In this document: positions 40,128 to 50,550 of the stretch, piece by piece
Layout of the letters: each line of letters begins with the position of its first letter
Position numbering within the stretch: position 1 is the stretch's first letter
NCBI GenBank assembly: GCA_903864835.1
Contig: CAIPHK010000032.1
Coordinates: 3,230-67,229, forward strand
Direction: 5' to 3'
DNA: 64,000 nucleotides
From: an uncultured bacterium
Lineage (GTDB): Bacteria > Margulisbacteria > Marinamargulisbacteria > SXXA01
Notes under the pieces: generated by a model
What the model was told of the DNA's origin: nothing
The model's input: the letters and a program-made list of their open reading frames with translations, nothing else
The model's database searches: none
Translations under genes and position numbers: made by a program

Positions 40128-41047
40128 TGGAAATTCATCTCGCTCACACCCAAGGATTTTGTGCTGGCGTCGCAAGCGCAATTGAGGTGGTCAAACGTGC
40201 CTTGGAAAAATATGGAACGCCCCTTTATGTTCGTCACCATATTGTTCATAACACCGCCGTTATCAAAGATTTTGAAGAACAGGGTGTTGTGTTTATTGAA
40301 GAATTGACCGAAGTTCCGGAGGGCGGCCGCGTCATTTTTAGCGCCCACGGCGTCTCGCCTTCGATCTACGACGAGGCCAAAAAAAGAGAGTTAATCTATA
40401 TCGATGCGACCTGTCCATTGGTGACAAAGGTCCATCGTGAAGCCACCAATTTTACAAAAAAAGAAGTGCAAACGGTCTTGATTGGACACCGAGGACACCA
40501 AGAATTGGTCGGGACGTCAGGCTATGTCGATCCTGGATTACTCTATGTTGTTGAAACGGAAGACGATATTGATCGATTAGAATTGGATCCATTTAAACCG
40601 ACAGGATATCTGACTCAAACAACGCTTTCCGTTACAGACACAGCCGTATTGATAGAAAAGCTAAAAGATAAATTTCCTGGAATTATGGGGCCACCGAAAT
40701 CAGATATTTGCTTTGCGACGCAAAATCGTCAGGATGCGGTAACAGAACTGTCCCAACATTGTGATGTCATTATTATCTGCGGGTCAGGACATAGCTCAAA
40801 CAGTAACCGTCTTAAAGAAACTGCCGAAAAAACAGGTAATGCGTCTTACCTCATTGATTCTGTTGCTGAATTTGATCTCAACTGGATTGTCGGAAAATCT
40901 AGAGTGGGCATTAGTTCTGGGGCCTCAGTTCCAGAATATATTGTTCAAGACCTGGTGAATAAGATATTGGAAGTCTACCCAGATTCCCAAGTGTTTAGAG
41001 AAGAAAGTGTCGAAAAAGACATCCGATTCGCGGTTCCTAAAGTCTAG
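40127..41047 (+). CDS. ispH: 4-hydroxy-3-methylbut-2-enyl diphosphate reductase.
   Basis: 'GFCAGVASAIEVV' N-terminus with conserved Cys residues and a His. 306 aa. Confidence 0.85.
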   Translation: MEIHLAHTQGFCAGVASAIEVVKRALEKYGTPLYVRHHIVHNTAVIKDFEEQGVVFIEELTEVPEGGRVIFSAHGVSPSIYDEAKKRELIYIDATCPLVTKVHREATNFTKKEVQTVLIGHRGHQELVGTSGYVDPGLLYVVETEDDIDRLELDPFKPTGYLTQTTLSVTDTAVLIEKLKDKFPGIMGPPKSDICFATQNRQDAVTELSQHCDVIIICGSGHSSNSNRLKETAEKTGNASYLIDSVAEFDLNWIVGKSRVGISSGASVPEYIVQDLVNKILEVYPDSQVFREESVEKDIRFAVPKV

Positions 41048-41419
41048 ATGACGCTCTTGGCCTTGGATTTTAAGAAACTTCAAGCCATCTCAAAAATCGG
41101 TGAGGACATCCTCCCCGTCGTAGTTCAACATGCGACGACAAGGGACGTTCTTACCCTTGCTTATACTAATTTTGTTGCGTTGAGACAGACTCAAGAAACA
41201 GGGATCGCGACATTCTGGAGTACTTCTCGCAATTCGCTATGGGTCAAGGGCGCAACGTCGGGAAACTATTTAAAGCTCATTGAAATACGAGTGAATTGTG
41301 AAAATAACTCTCTACTCTATCTCGTTGAACCCCAAGGGGCTGGAGTGTGTCATGTTATTGATCCTACAACGGGTGTTCATAATCCCAGTTGTTTCTTTAA
41401 TAAATTGGCCTCAATTTGA
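41048..41419 (+). CDS. hisI: Phosphoribosyl-AMP cyclohydrolase-like protein (HisI fold) with a divergent acidic motif.
   Basis: 'FWSTSRNSLWVKGATSG...VNCENNSLL...VCHVI...SCFF' aligns to the HisI consensus 'SRSR.LW.KGETSG...DCD.D.LL...ACHTG..SCF'. The cysteines are conserved, but the acidic residues are replaced by N, E and N. Confidence 0.55.
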   Translation: MTLLALDFKKLQAISKIGEDILPVVVQHATTRDVLTLAYTNFVALRQTQETGIATFWSTSRNSLWVKGATSGNYLKLIEIRVNCENNSLLYLVEPQGAGVCHVIDPTTGVHNPSCFFNKLASI

Positions 41420-41542
41420 CGATTTCGTCGAGATCTTCTACCCTAGAACGCTCTGGATTATCCATTTAATTCAGAAATATTATCCAAGAAGGATTCTGCG
41501 GGAAATTACCAAAAGAATTCTGAATCAAAGTGAGGCCTTTTT

Positions 41543-42412
41543 ATGAACGAGCAACAGCCCCAGTCCCAGCCGCAACAACAGCAACAACGTCCACCTGAAG
41601 TTGTTACTATGCGACAACTATTGGAATGTGGAGTCCATTTTGGACACCAAACCAAGCGTTGGAACCCAAAAATGAAGCGATACATTTTTACTTCACGAAA
41701 TGGAATCCACGTTATTGACCTTCAACAGACGATCAAATTAATCAAAAAGTCCTACCAAGTGGTTCGCGAAGTCGTCAAAAGTAATGGCACAATTTTGTTT
41801 GTTGGAACCAAAAAACAAGCACAAGATGCGATCCAAGCTGAAGCGGTACGTTGTGGAATGCCTTATGTCCACCATCGTTGGTTGGGTGGAACACTTACCA
41901 ACAACATCACCATTCGCCAAAGTGTTAACAAACTGAAACAGTACAACCGAATGAATGATGACGGAACTTTTGACCTACTATCAAATAAAGAAGCCGCCGC
42001 AAAGCGAAAAATGCTGACCCGTTTGGGGTTCTATTTGGATGGGATTCGGGACATGCACCGTCTTCCCTCATTGGTATTTGTGGTTGACACCAAGCGTGAA
42101 GCTTTGGCAGTTAAAGAAGCGAATAAGTTAAAAATTCCGATTATCGGAATTGTTGACACCAACGCTGATCCAACTGAAGTTCAATATCCAATTCCAGCAA
42201 ACGACGATGCGATTCGTGCCATCAAGTTGATTTGCTCGGTAATGGCGAAAGCGGTTCTTGACGGGCAAGCCGAACGTAGCGGTATAACCGTTGAAGACTT
42301 TGATACACCAACACCTGTAGTTGGGGCCGCTGCCGGAACGTTTACTGTTGATGATGAAAGTGAAGCGGTAAAAGTGGTAGAGCCTGAATTTACAGGCACC
42401 CCAGTCGCGTAG
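41543..42412 (+). CDS. rpsB: 30S ribosomal protein S2, with a Gln-rich N-terminal extension.
   Basis: 'ECGVHFGHQTKRWNPKM' S2 signature. Confidence 0.9.
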   Translation: MNEQQPQSQPQQQQQRPPEVVTMRQLLECGVHFGHQTKRWNPKMKRYIFTSRNGIHVIDLQQTIKLIKKSYQVVREVVKSNGTILFVGTKKQAQDAIQAEAVRCGMPYVHHRWLGGTLTNNITIRQSVNKLKQYNRMNDDGTFDLLSNKEAAAKRKMLTRLGFYLDGIRDMHRLPSLVFVVDTKREALAVKEANKLKIPIIGIVDTNADPTEVQYPIPANDDAIRAIKLICSVMAKAVLDGQAERSGITVEDFDTPTPVVGAAAGTFTVDDESEAVKVVEPEFTGTPVA

Positions 42413-42432
42413 GAAGAGTAAGGAAGATCATT

Positions 42433-43245
42433 ATGGAAATCACAGCCTCTGTTGTAAAAGACCTTAGAGAAAAAACGGGCGTCGGTATGATGGATTGCAA
42501 AAAGGCCTTGGAGCAAACCCAAGGCAATTTTGATGAAGCGATCAAATACCTGCGCGAAAAAGGGCTATCAGCCGCTGCAAAGAAGTCTGATCGAGAAACA
42601 CGCGAAGGTAAAATATTTACCCAAGTATCATCGGATCGAACAAAGGCAGCTGTTGTTGAAATCTCTTGTGAAACTGACTTTGTCGCTAACAACGAATCGT
42701 TTGGTGAATTTGGATTATCGATCGCGGCAGCGGTTTTAGCGCATGGCGTCACGTCACTGGAGCAGCTCGAAGGCGCATCGCTTAATGGCCGTTCACTTCA
42801 AGAAATAGTGTCTGAAGCGGTATTGAAGCTCGGTGAAAATATCAGCGTCCGTCGGCTAGCGTTGGTCAACGGAAATTCCATCGGACAATATGTTCATTCC
42901 AATGGCAAAATTGGAGTCTTGGTATCGTTTGATGGTGAAGTCGCGCAGGAAATCGGGAAAGACATCTCGATGCATATTGCGGCATCGGCGCCTCAATTTG
43001 TTCGCAAAGAAGAAGTCTCGTCAACCGAAATTGAGCGTGAAGCCGAAATTATCAAGGCCCAAGCGCGCAATGAGGGAAAAGCAGATGCGATTCTTGAGAA
43101 GTTAGTTCTTGGGAAAATTGGCAAGTTTTATAAAGATGTTTGTTTACTTGAGCAAGACTTTGTAAAAGACCCATCAAAATCTGTGTCGGCGGTACTTCCT
43201 GCCGGACGAACAGTCTCCCAGTTCATTCGATTTTCTCTTATTTAA
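42433..43245 (+). CDS. tsf: Elongation factor Ts.
   Basis: The 'LREKTGVGMMDCKKAL' UBA-like N-terminus is the EF-Ts signature. Confidence 0.9.
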   Translation: MEITASVVKDLREKTGVGMMDCKKALEQTQGNFDEAIKYLREKGLSAAAKKSDRETREGKIFTQVSSDRTKAAVVEISCETDFVANNESFGEFGLSIAAAVLAHGVTSLEQLEGASLNGRSLQEIVSEAVLKLGENISVRRLALVNGNSIGQYVHSNGKIGVLVSFDGEVAQEIGKDISMHIAASAPQFVRKEEVSSTEIEREAEIIKAQARNEGKADAILEKLVLGKIGKFYKDVCLLEQDFVKDPSKSVSAVLPAGRTVSQFIRFSLI

Positions 43246-43257
43246 ACCATTAGTTGC

Positions 43258-44385
43258 ATGCGGTCGTATTTCGAGGAACTTGAACTTCGACTTCTTGCAC
43301 CGTATGCGGTAAAAGCCGTCGAGTCCCGAGGTAGAGTTCATAGTGAGCCTATCTCGGAGACCCGGACCTGTTTTCAACGCGATCGAGATCGAATAATTCA
43401 TTCGAAAGCCTTTCGCCGACTCAGGCATAAAACTCAAGTATTTATTGCTACCGAATCCGACCACTATCGATCTCGATTAACCCACACCATCGAAGTCGCC
43501 CAGATTAGCCGCCACGTGGCACGGATGTTACGACTCAACGAGGATCTTTCGGAATCCATTGCATTGGCTCATGATTTAGGTCATACCCCATTCGGGCATT
43601 CCGGCGAAAAGATATTAAACCGTTTAATGGCGGACTTTGGGGGATTTGAACACAACCTTCAAAGCCGGCGAATTATTGATTCTTTGGAGCTAAAATACCC
43701 CATGTTTACTGGGCTCAACCTATCGTTTGAGGTTCGGGAGGGATTAATGAAACATTCGACCCCATGGGACCACTTGGAACATAACGAGAAAACATGGGCC
43801 TCCCTAGAAGCACAGGTCTGTAATATTTCGGACGAAATTGCCTACAACAATCATGACATCGATGACGGGATTCGATCCACTTTGCTCAACGAACAAGATC
43901 TAACAACACATGTCTATCTGTGGAGAGAATCTAAAGACCGGATTCGGAAAAAATATACCGGACTTGCGGATATTGAACTTAAATATTTAATCAATAGTGA
44001 TATTATTTCCGCCCAAATCGAAGATGTTGTCCGTACAACAATGGATAATGTTAAGGAGCTTGATCTGCATTGTAATGACGATATACAGTCGCTGGATCGC
44101 CCTGTAGTTCGATTTAGCACGGACATGGTACTTAAAAACAAAGAAATGCGCCATTATTTGTTTCAACAATTTTATACCCATCCCACGGTATATCGGATGA
44201 ATAAAAAGGGCCAAGAAATTATTGAAAAACTATTTTTTGCGTTTACAACGGATCCAAAATTGCTTCCCGTCAATTACCAGCTGCACATCGAAAAGGGACA
44301 GCAACTTCACCGAGTTGTTGCTGACTATATTGCAGGAATGACGGATCCCTTTGCAAAAAAAGAATTTGAGGCCATCTTTCAATGA
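43258..44385 (+). CDS. dgt: dGTP triphosphohydrolase-like HD-domain protein.
   Basis: 'RLTHTIEVAQISR' and 'LAHDLGHTPFGH' HD motifs. Confidence 0.8.
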   Translation: MRSYFEELELRLLAPYAVKAVESRGRVHSEPISETRTCFQRDRDRIIHSKAFRRLRHKTQVFIATESDHYRSRLTHTIEVAQISRHVARMLRLNEDLSESIALAHDLGHTPFGHSGEKILNRLMADFGGFEHNLQSRRIIDSLELKYPMFTGLNLSFEVREGLMKHSTPWDHLEHNEKTWASLEAQVCNISDEIAYNNHDIDDGIRSTLLNEQDLTTHVYLWRESKDRIRKKYTGLADIELKYLINSDIISAQIEDVVRTTMDNVKELDLHCNDDIQSLDRPVVRFSTDMVLKNKEMRHYLFQQFYTHPTVYRMNKKGQEIIEKLFFAFTTDPKLLPVNYQLHIEKGQQLHRVVADYIAGMTDPFAKKEFEAIFQ

Positions 44386-45323
44386 AGAAAGTATTTATTA
44401 CAGGGTCCAGCGGCTGCGTCGGACACTATGTCACCGAGCAGCTCCTTCAAGACGGCGGCTGGGAGATTCACCTTTTGCTTCGTGCAAACAGTGTCTTGAA
44501 GTGGGATCCTGCGCAATACCCAAATGTGATTATTCATATTGGCAATATGGACGCCATTGAACTACTTGAGCCTGTCATTCGGGAAATGGAATATATTATT
44601 CATATTTTCACTGATTGGAGTAATTCGGACTACGCCACACTTTTAAATGTAACCAAGACCCACGCACTGTTTTCAATGGCGACTGCCGACAAGTTACAGC
44701 GCATCGTCTATTTTTCAACAGCAAGCATTTTGGGGCCTGGAAATCGACCCATTCCAGAAGCCGGTCAATATGGGCCTGGATATGTCCGATCGAAATATTT
44801 TGGATTTTTAAAACTTGCGGATCATCCCTTTAAAGACAAAATTATTACGGTGTTCCCGACGTTGGTATTTGGGGGCGATCACACCCACCCTTTTTCTCAT
44901 ATTAGTGCAGGGATAGTTCCCAATCTTCGATATTTAAAAATACTTCGATTCTTTTACCTGGACGCACGATTCCATTTTTTGCACTCCCACGACATCGCGC
45001 AATGTGCGATTCATTTATTAACCGCAAAAACCTCCGAGCGGCAATTTGTACTCGGCAACCCAGTGATGTCGGGAAAAGATGTCATTCGACGACTTTGTAT
45101 ATTTTTTAAAGTGAGGCCCTATTTTAGGGTAAAAGTACCGGCGGCAATGGTTTTTTTCCTAGCGAAGCTATTTCGCATTACGATTGCACCTTGGGAAACA
45201 TATTGTATTGAACACCCCTACTTCGAATACACTGTTGTTACCCCGGACTCGTTTGGCTTAAGCACCCGATTTCCAACCCTAGAATCCGCCCTTCAAGACA
45301 TCGTCAAAGAAAGCCTTTCATGA
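44382..45323 (+). CDS. NAD-dependent epimerase/dehydratase family (extended SDR) protein.
   Basis: Rossmann motif 'ITGSSGCVGHYV' at the N-terminus. Confidence 0.6.
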   Translation: MKKVFITGSSGCVGHYVTEQLLQDGGWEIHLLLRANSVLKWDPAQYPNVIIHIGNMDAIELLEPVIREMEYIIHIFTDWSNSDYATLLNVTKTHALFSMATADKLQRIVYFSTASILGPGNRPIPEAGQYGPGYVRSKYFGFLKLADHPFKDKIITVFPTLVFGGDHTHPFSHISAGIVPNLRYLKILRFFYLDARFHFLHSHDIAQCAIHLLTAKTSERQFVLGNPVMSGKDVIRRLCIFFKVRPYFRVKVPAAMVFFLAKLFRITIAPWETYCIEHPYFEYTVVTPDSFGLSTRFPTLESALQDIVKESLS

Positions 45324-46672
45324 GCAAAGCCACCGACCTCCTTAAAGTCCCACCACAAGACCTCGATGCCGAACAATCACTACTTGGGGCGCTCATGATT
45401 TCAAAAACAGCCTTGGCCCAGGTATTGGGGCAAGTAAAAGCTGAGCATTTTTATCGTGAATCCAATGCCCATATTTTTCGGGCAATCATGGCGCTATATG
45501 AACGGAACGAGCCCATTGATCTCGTTACAATTTCGTCGGAGCTAAAGAAATCAAATAGCCTCGAAGACGCCGGTGGTCGGTCTTATCTTGCGGAGGTTAT
45601 CGACTCCGTACCTACGGCAGCAAACGTTGAAAAATATGCCCAGATTGTGGAAGAAAAATACCTCCTACGGGCACTTATCGATGTAGGTTCCGAAATCGTA
45701 AAAACGGCATTCGATGAATCAGCGGAAGCAAAAGAGGCTATGGAACATGCACAGAAAATCATCATGGATGTCTCAAAGCAAACCGTCAAAGATCATTTTG
45801 TTCCGCTCAAGACGGTATTAAATACGGTATTTGATACGATCCAATCGACCTATACCAACGATGACAAGATCATTGGTGTTACCTCCGGGTACAAGGACCT
45901 GGATCAGATGACCTCTGGTTTTCAATACGGGGATTTAATTATTCTTGCCGCCCGGCCATCCATGGGAAAAACCACTTTGGCCCTTAATTTTGCGGCGAAT
46001 GCTGCGATTCATAAACAGTTGCCGGTGGCTATTTTTAGCTGTGAAATGCCAAAAGAACAACTGGCGATGAAATTATTATGTTCTGAAGCAAAATTGGATT
46101 CAAAACGATTACGGACTGCTAATCTTAAAGATCACGAATACCGTGATCTGAATCAAGCATTTGGACGTCTGGCTGAAGCCCCGATATTTATCGATGACAG
46201 CGCTGCAATTTCTCCGTTGGAACTTCGGGCAAAAGTCAGACGGCTTCAGCTTGAGACTGATATAAAGTTAATTATTGTAGACTATTTGCAGTTAATGAGA
46301 TCCAGTAAAAAGCGAATTGAAAACAGGTTTCAGGAAATCTCCGAGATTGTTCGGGAGGTCAAAGCGTTTGCCAAGGAGTCTGGAATACCCATTATGGCGT
46401 TATCCCAGTTAAGTCGGGATGTTGAAAAACGCCAGGATAAACGTCCCCAAATGAGCGATCTTCGTGAGTCAGGGGAAATCGAGCAAACGGCGGATCTTAT
46501 TATGTTTATTCACCGGGACAGTTATTACGAGGGACAGAATGAAGAAACCGCACCCGCGAAAATTGTAATCGCAAAGCAACGTAACGGACCGACCGGAGAT
46601 ATCAACTTGGTATTCAAACGTGATATTTCTCGGTTTTTGCCGGCGGCACCCCTACACGTCATTCCCCAATGA
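45320..46672 (+). CDS. dnaB: Replicative DNA helicase.
   Basis: N-terminal 'PPQDLDAEQSLLGALM' and Walker A 'ARPSMGKTTLALN'. Confidence 0.9.
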   Translation: MSKATDLLKVPPQDLDAEQSLLGALMISKTALAQVLGQVKAEHFYRESNAHIFRAIMALYERNEPIDLVTISSELKKSNSLEDAGGRSYLAEVIDSVPTAANVEKYAQIVEEKYLLRALIDVGSEIVKTAFDESAEAKEAMEHAQKIIMDVSKQTVKDHFVPLKTVLNTVFDTIQSTYTNDDKIIGVTSGYKDLDQMTSGFQYGDLIILAARPSMGKTTLALNFAANAAIHKQLPVAIFSCEMPKEQLAMKLLCSEAKLDSKRLRTANLKDHEYRDLNQAFGRLAEAPIFIDDSAAISPLELRAKVRRLQLETDIKLIIVDYLQLMRSSKKRIENRFQEISEIVREVKAFAKESGIPIMALSQLSRDVEKRQDKRPQMSDLRESGEIEQTADLIMFIHRDSYYEGQNEETAPAKIVIAKQRNGPTGDINLVFKRDISRFLPAAPLHVIPQ

Positions 46673-48201
46673 GGGCCTTAAAATGGCTACCGCTATTGGC
46701 TATTTTGACGGCGGTGTCTCCAACGGTTGCAGCAATAAAGGGGGACCAAGTCGTTACCCTTAACGCAACAACAATTTCTTATTCAACGACGGAAAATCAG
46801 CTATCGGCATCAGGTAATGTGGTAATTGAATATCGCAATTACATCGTTGGGTCTAAAGAGTTCGAATTTAATTCAAAGACCCGGTATGGCGTCGTAAGTG
46901 GCAACGTTGATATTTCCGGCCCAAGTCAAAATATCAAAGCGGATTTCATAACGTATGACGGCTTTAACTATATCGGAAAGATACAAAAACTATCCGGAAA
47001 AGTTGGCAAATTCATTATCTCTGGGGACTCTGTACGCATTACACCTGAAAAAATTATGATCAAAAATGCGTCGGTTACAGCCTGTGACTCTCCGACTCCG
47101 GACTACATTATACGATCCGCTCAATTGGATATTTTTCCTCAATGGGGAGTGTTGATATCCTTCGATAATTGGGTGACCATAGGGTCAACTGCGATTCTGT
47201 GGATGCCAACCTTTATATATGGTTCCCGTGACTATAGCCTTCTCGCAAATAATTCCTCTGTTCCAGAATTGGGCGCGAATCCCATCGAAGGTGCCTATAT
47301 TCGACAAAAATTAGGGTATTTTATAAATAAGGATAGCCATGGGGCGTTTACTGTAGAGCTAAGCCAAAACTGGGGCCCGGGAATAGCGATATCCCATCTT
47401 CAACGATTGGATAGCAATACCCACGTAACTATTAAAACAGCCCTAAACGGGTCCGACGGTCCAGAATACAAAATTACCGGCGGGTTTGTTTTTGGGGGGG
47501 GCCCTCCAGTTGCCGCTTCGGAGGATTTATTAATGGAAGTATTTGATCAATTTAATCCATCCGCGTATCTTCCTGCAGGACAAGCGCAAATAGGAACCAC
47601 TCTCCGGGAAATAATTAATGATTCCTGGGTATCAAAACCTTATTTTGTATCATTTCAACTCAATCCGATCTCAGTGCTGAGTCCCTCTACATTTCTGAGT
47701 ACTACGTTAGAGCATGGCAACTTTCAAGAACGAAGCCTGACTGGAATTGAAGCGTCGTCATTTGAAACCGCTGTGGGGGGTACGATTTCCCATAAACTGG
47801 CGCTGAGTAGGACTGCAGGGATAGAGTTCTCAAGTTTCTATTACGGAAATTTTTATAATACGGTTACGCCATGGCAACGATGGTTTGGACGGGTATCTGT
47901 CTCAGAAACATGGCCTAGCGCCTCTGTCGAAGTATCGATGACTCAGAAATTTTGGGGAACTGAGACCACCAGCCCATTTGAGTTTGAACGAAAATATGCA
48001 ATTCAGGGAACGGAAATTGGGGGGAAATTTCTAACGAAGCAGGGAATCACGGTTTACGGTATTGAAGTAAACTATGACATTGATTACCGTCTATATCGGA
48101 GTTTCGACATCCTTGTTACGCCGCAATTTCATTGTTGGCGACTGCCGCTTCGGTGGAAGACCGTTGAAGGGCAAATTACGTTTGGCGTCGAGCTATTCTA
48201 A
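46669..48201 (+). CDS. LptD/OstA-family outer membrane protein (short form).
   Basis: Signal peptide and an OstA-like N-terminal jellyroll ('DQVVTLNATTISY...NVVIEY'), followed by beta-rich sequence. Confidence 0.45.
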   Translation: MRALKWLPLLAILTAVSPTVAAIKGDQVVTLNATTISYSTTENQLSASGNVVIEYRNYIVGSKEFEFNSKTRYGVVSGNVDISGPSQNIKADFITYDGFNYIGKIQKLSGKVGKFIISGDSVRITPEKIMIKNASVTACDSPTPDYIIRSAQLDIFPQWGVLISFDNWVTIGSTAILWMPTFIYGSRDYSLLANNSSVPELGANPIEGAYIRQKLGYFINKDSHGAFTVELSQNWGPGIAISHLQRLDSNTHVTIKTALNGSDGPEYKITGGFVFGGGPPVAASEDLLMEVFDQFNPSAYLPAGQAQIGTTLREIINDSWVSKPYFVSFQLNPISVLSPSTFLSTTLEHGNFQERSLTGIEASSFETAVGGTISHKLALSRTAGIEFSSFYYGNFYNTVTPWQRWFGRVSVSETWPSASVEVSMTQKFWGTETTSPFEFERKYAIQGTEIGGKFLTKQGITVYGIEVNYDIDYRLYRSFDILVTPQFHCWRLPLRWKTVEGQITFGVELF

Positions 48202-48957
48202 TTGGGTCATTAACAGTGGGCCATCCGCCGTAACCACCATGGTATGCTCAAATTGAACTGTCTTTTGGTGAGGTTTAGTTGAGAGGGTCCAACCGTCCCC
48301 GGATTCTCTGGCCTTTACCCCACCGGTGGAGATAAATGGCTCAATGGTAATCACGACATTTTCTTGTAAAACGCGTCGATCAGCCGAATCATAATATCCC
48401 GCGATAAACTGGGGCTCTTCGTGTAAGCGATTTCCAATTCCGTGACTTCCCAAATTACGAATCACGGTATAACCCGCTCGGGTTGCGGTGTCTTCAATTG
48501 CCTTGCCAATTAAGTTGAGGTTGGCTCCGGGGCGCACGATTTTAATTGCGTTTTCAAGGGCCAATCGTCCGACATCGAGCAATCTTGAAAGTTGCTTGCT
48601 GGGTTCACCAATACACATTGATGCCCCCGCGTCGGAATAATAACCGTCTTTTTCAGCGGATACATCAATATTAATAAGGTCCCCATCGCGGATCACCCTT
48701 GGCCCCGGAATTCCATGCGCCGTCTCATGATTGACACAAATGCAGGTCGCACCAGGAAACTGATACATCAATCGAGGGGCGGAACGCCCGCCTAAAGAAT
48801 TGAGGTAGTCCTCGCCCCTTTGATCCAGTGCCAAAGTGGTCATTCCAGGGCGAACTGACTTCGACATAAAATCCAATGTTTTGGCGACAATTAGTCCAAT
48901 TTCACGAAGCTTAATGATGTCGGTCGGGGTAGCAATCATGGCGAAAAAGCCTACCAT
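48193..48957 (-). CDS. map: Methionine aminopeptidase type I.
   Basis: Metal-ligand motifs 'DVSAEKDGYYSD' and 'GSHGIGNRLHEEP'. Confidence 0.85.
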   Translation of the reverse strand: MVGFFAMIATPTDIIKLREIGLIVAKTLDFMSKSVRPGMTTLALDQRGEDYLNSLGGRSAPRLMYQFPGATCICVNHETAHGIPGPRVIRDGDLINIDVSAEKDGYYSDAGASMCIGEPSKQLSRLLDVGRLALENAIKIVRPGANLNLIGKAIEDTATRAGYTVIRNLGSHGIGNRLHEEPQFIAGYYDSADRRVLQENVVITIEPFISTGGVKARESGDGWTLSTKPHQKTVQFEHTMVVTADGPLLMTQLE

Positions 48958-49047
48958 AGCACAGCCCGTTTGGGGAACGTATTTGTGAGTATTGCAGCCT
49001 CAACCGCAATGCACTAGAATCCAATCTGATCCAAAATTTCATCCCAT

Positions 49048-49134
49048 GCCGAAATGGCGGAATTGGTAGACGCGCTAGGTTCAGGGTCTAGTGAGAGCAA
49101 TCTTGTGTGGGTTCGAGTCCCTCTTTCGGCACCA
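49048..49134 (+). tRNA. tRNA-Leu, anticodon CAG, CCA-encoded.
   Basis: Acceptor stem GCCGAAA/TTTCGGC, D-arm GCGG-AATTGGTAGA-CGC, anticodon loop TTCAGGG (CAG), a long variable arm, the TTCGAGT T-loop and a 3' ACCA. It closely resembles E. coli tRNA-Leu(CAG). Confidence 0.85.
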
Positions 49135-49149
49135 ACTATTATAATTAAA

Positions 49150-49524
49150 ATGAGTACACTTTATCTTCCTATAGGAATTGTTTTTTTAGTCGCACTTTCG
49201 TTTGTTTTGATTTCGCTTCTTGCCAGCCATTTTTTAGGGCCTCATCGAAATTCGCTAGTCAAAGATGCCCCATTCGAATGCGGTATCGAATCAAAAGATA
49301 GCGCTCGCGTTCGCTTTTCCATAAAATATTTTCTTATTGCCATACTGTTTGTTCTATTTGATGTTGAAGTGGTTTTTTTCTACCCTTGGGCGGTCAACTT
49401 TCAAGAACTTGGCCTTAGGGGATTGCTTGAAATCGCCTCATTTATGGGATGTGTGTTAGTGGGACTTATTTATATTAATCAGAATAAAGTACTCAATTTT
49501 GAGGGTCGCAATGTCCCAAGATAG
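49150..49524 (+). CDS. nuoA: NADH-quinone oxidoreductase subunit A.
   Basis: ATG at 49150 gives '[18 protein letters not shown]...'. The ORF-track start at 49054 overlaps the tRNA and is rejected. Confidence 0.85.
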   Translation: MSTLYLPIGIVFLVALSFVLISLLASHFLGPHRNSLVKDAPFECGIESKDSARVRFSIKYFLIAILFVLFDVEVVFFYPWAVNFQELGLRGLLEIASFMGCVLVGLIYINQNKVLNFEGRNVPR

Positions 49525-50068
49525 TCGCCCGGCACCGCAAATTGGTCCGAGTCCTGAGGGTGTGGATGGACAGGGATTTTTTCTAACCACGGTTGAAAAA
49601 GCGGTCGGTATGGCGAGGAAAAATTCGCTATGGCCCCTGCCCTTTGCAACGTCATGCTGCGGGATTGAGTTTATGGCGACGATGGGGTCTCACTATGATC
49701 TTGCGCGTTTTGGATCTGAGCGGCCCAGTTTTTCACCGAGGCAAGCGGATCTTTTAATGGTTATGGGGACGGTCGCAAAAAAATTAGGCCCCGTTTTAAA
49801 GCAGGTATACGAACAGATGGCAGAGCCCCGATGGGTTCTCGCGGTGGGCGCTTGTGCATCAACCGGGGGCATTTTTGATACCTATAGCGTCCTTCAAGGG
49901 ATCGATAAAGTAATTCCGGTCGATGTGTATGTTCCCGGATGCCCGCCACGTCCCGAACAAATAATTGATGGGTTAATCAAGATTCAAGAACTGGTTCAAA
50001 GTGAACACTTGGGTCGTCGAAATTCTCCGGAATATAAGGCCCTGTTGGCGAGTTATGGAATAGAATGA
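49511..50068 (+). CDS. nuoB: NADH-quinone oxidoreductase subunit B.
   Basis: '[21 protein letters not shown]' and 'GCPPRPE'. The ATG at 49511 is preferred over the TTG at 49499. Confidence 0.85.
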   Translation: MSQDSRPAPQIGPSPEGVDGQGFFLTTVEKAVGMARKNSLWPLPFATSCCGIEFMATMGSHYDLARFGSERPSFSPRQADLLMVMGTVAKKLGPVLKQVYEQMAEPRWVLAVGACASTGGIFDTYSVLQGIDKVIPVDVYVPGCPPRPEQIIDGLIKIQELVQSEHLGRRNSPEYKALLASYGIE

Positions 50069-50550
50069 TGATTGAACCCATATTGGCGTCACTTCAAGAT
50101 CAAATTGTTAAGACATCGAACTCGTATGGAATGACGGAAATTGAAGTGGTTCCTTCAGAACTAGTGTCCGTCGTCCAAGCATTAATGACGCACCCTGACA
50201 TGCCATTTACCTTTTTAACGGACCTTTGTGGTATTCATCTATTGGAACCTACCCCTAGGATTGGAATAGTACTTCACTTGCATTGTTTGCAGACCAATAC
50301 CCGCCTTAGATTGAAGTGTTTTTCTGAGAAGGTTGATTCACCAACGCTGCCCTCCCTGACATCGTTGTTTAGCGGGGCAAATTGGATGGAACGCGAAGCC
50401 TATGATTTTTATGGCATCCAGTTCGTGGGGCATCCTAATCTTTGCCGCATTCTCAATGAAGATGGCCTCACCATTTTTCCGATGCGCAAAGAATATCCGT
50501 TAGAAGACGCCACCCGCCAAGATAAAAACGATTCGATGTTTGGACGATAA
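50065..50550 (+). CDS. nuoC: NADH-quinone oxidoreductase subunit C.
   Basis: '[21 protein letters not shown]' motif. Confidence 0.85.
   Translation: MMIEPILASLQDQIVKTSNSYGMTEIEVVPSELVSVVQALMTHPDMPFTFLTDLCGIHLLEPTPRIGIVLHLHCLQTNTRLRLKCFSEKVDSPTLPSLTSLFSGANWMEREAYDFYGIQFVGHPNLCRILNEDGLTIFPMRKEYPLEDATRQDKNDSMFGR

Noticed and set aside
43258-44385. The dGTPase (Dgt) as a possible anti-phage dNTP-depletion defence gene.
   Set aside because: Its context (tsf upstream, epimerase and dnaB downstream, with overlapping start and stop codons) is typical housekeeping and not a defence island.
49054-49149. An extended nuoA ORF start overlapping the tRNA-Leu.
   Set aside because: It would read through a clear tRNA. 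The ATG at 49150 with typical NuoA N-terminal hydrophobicity is preferred.
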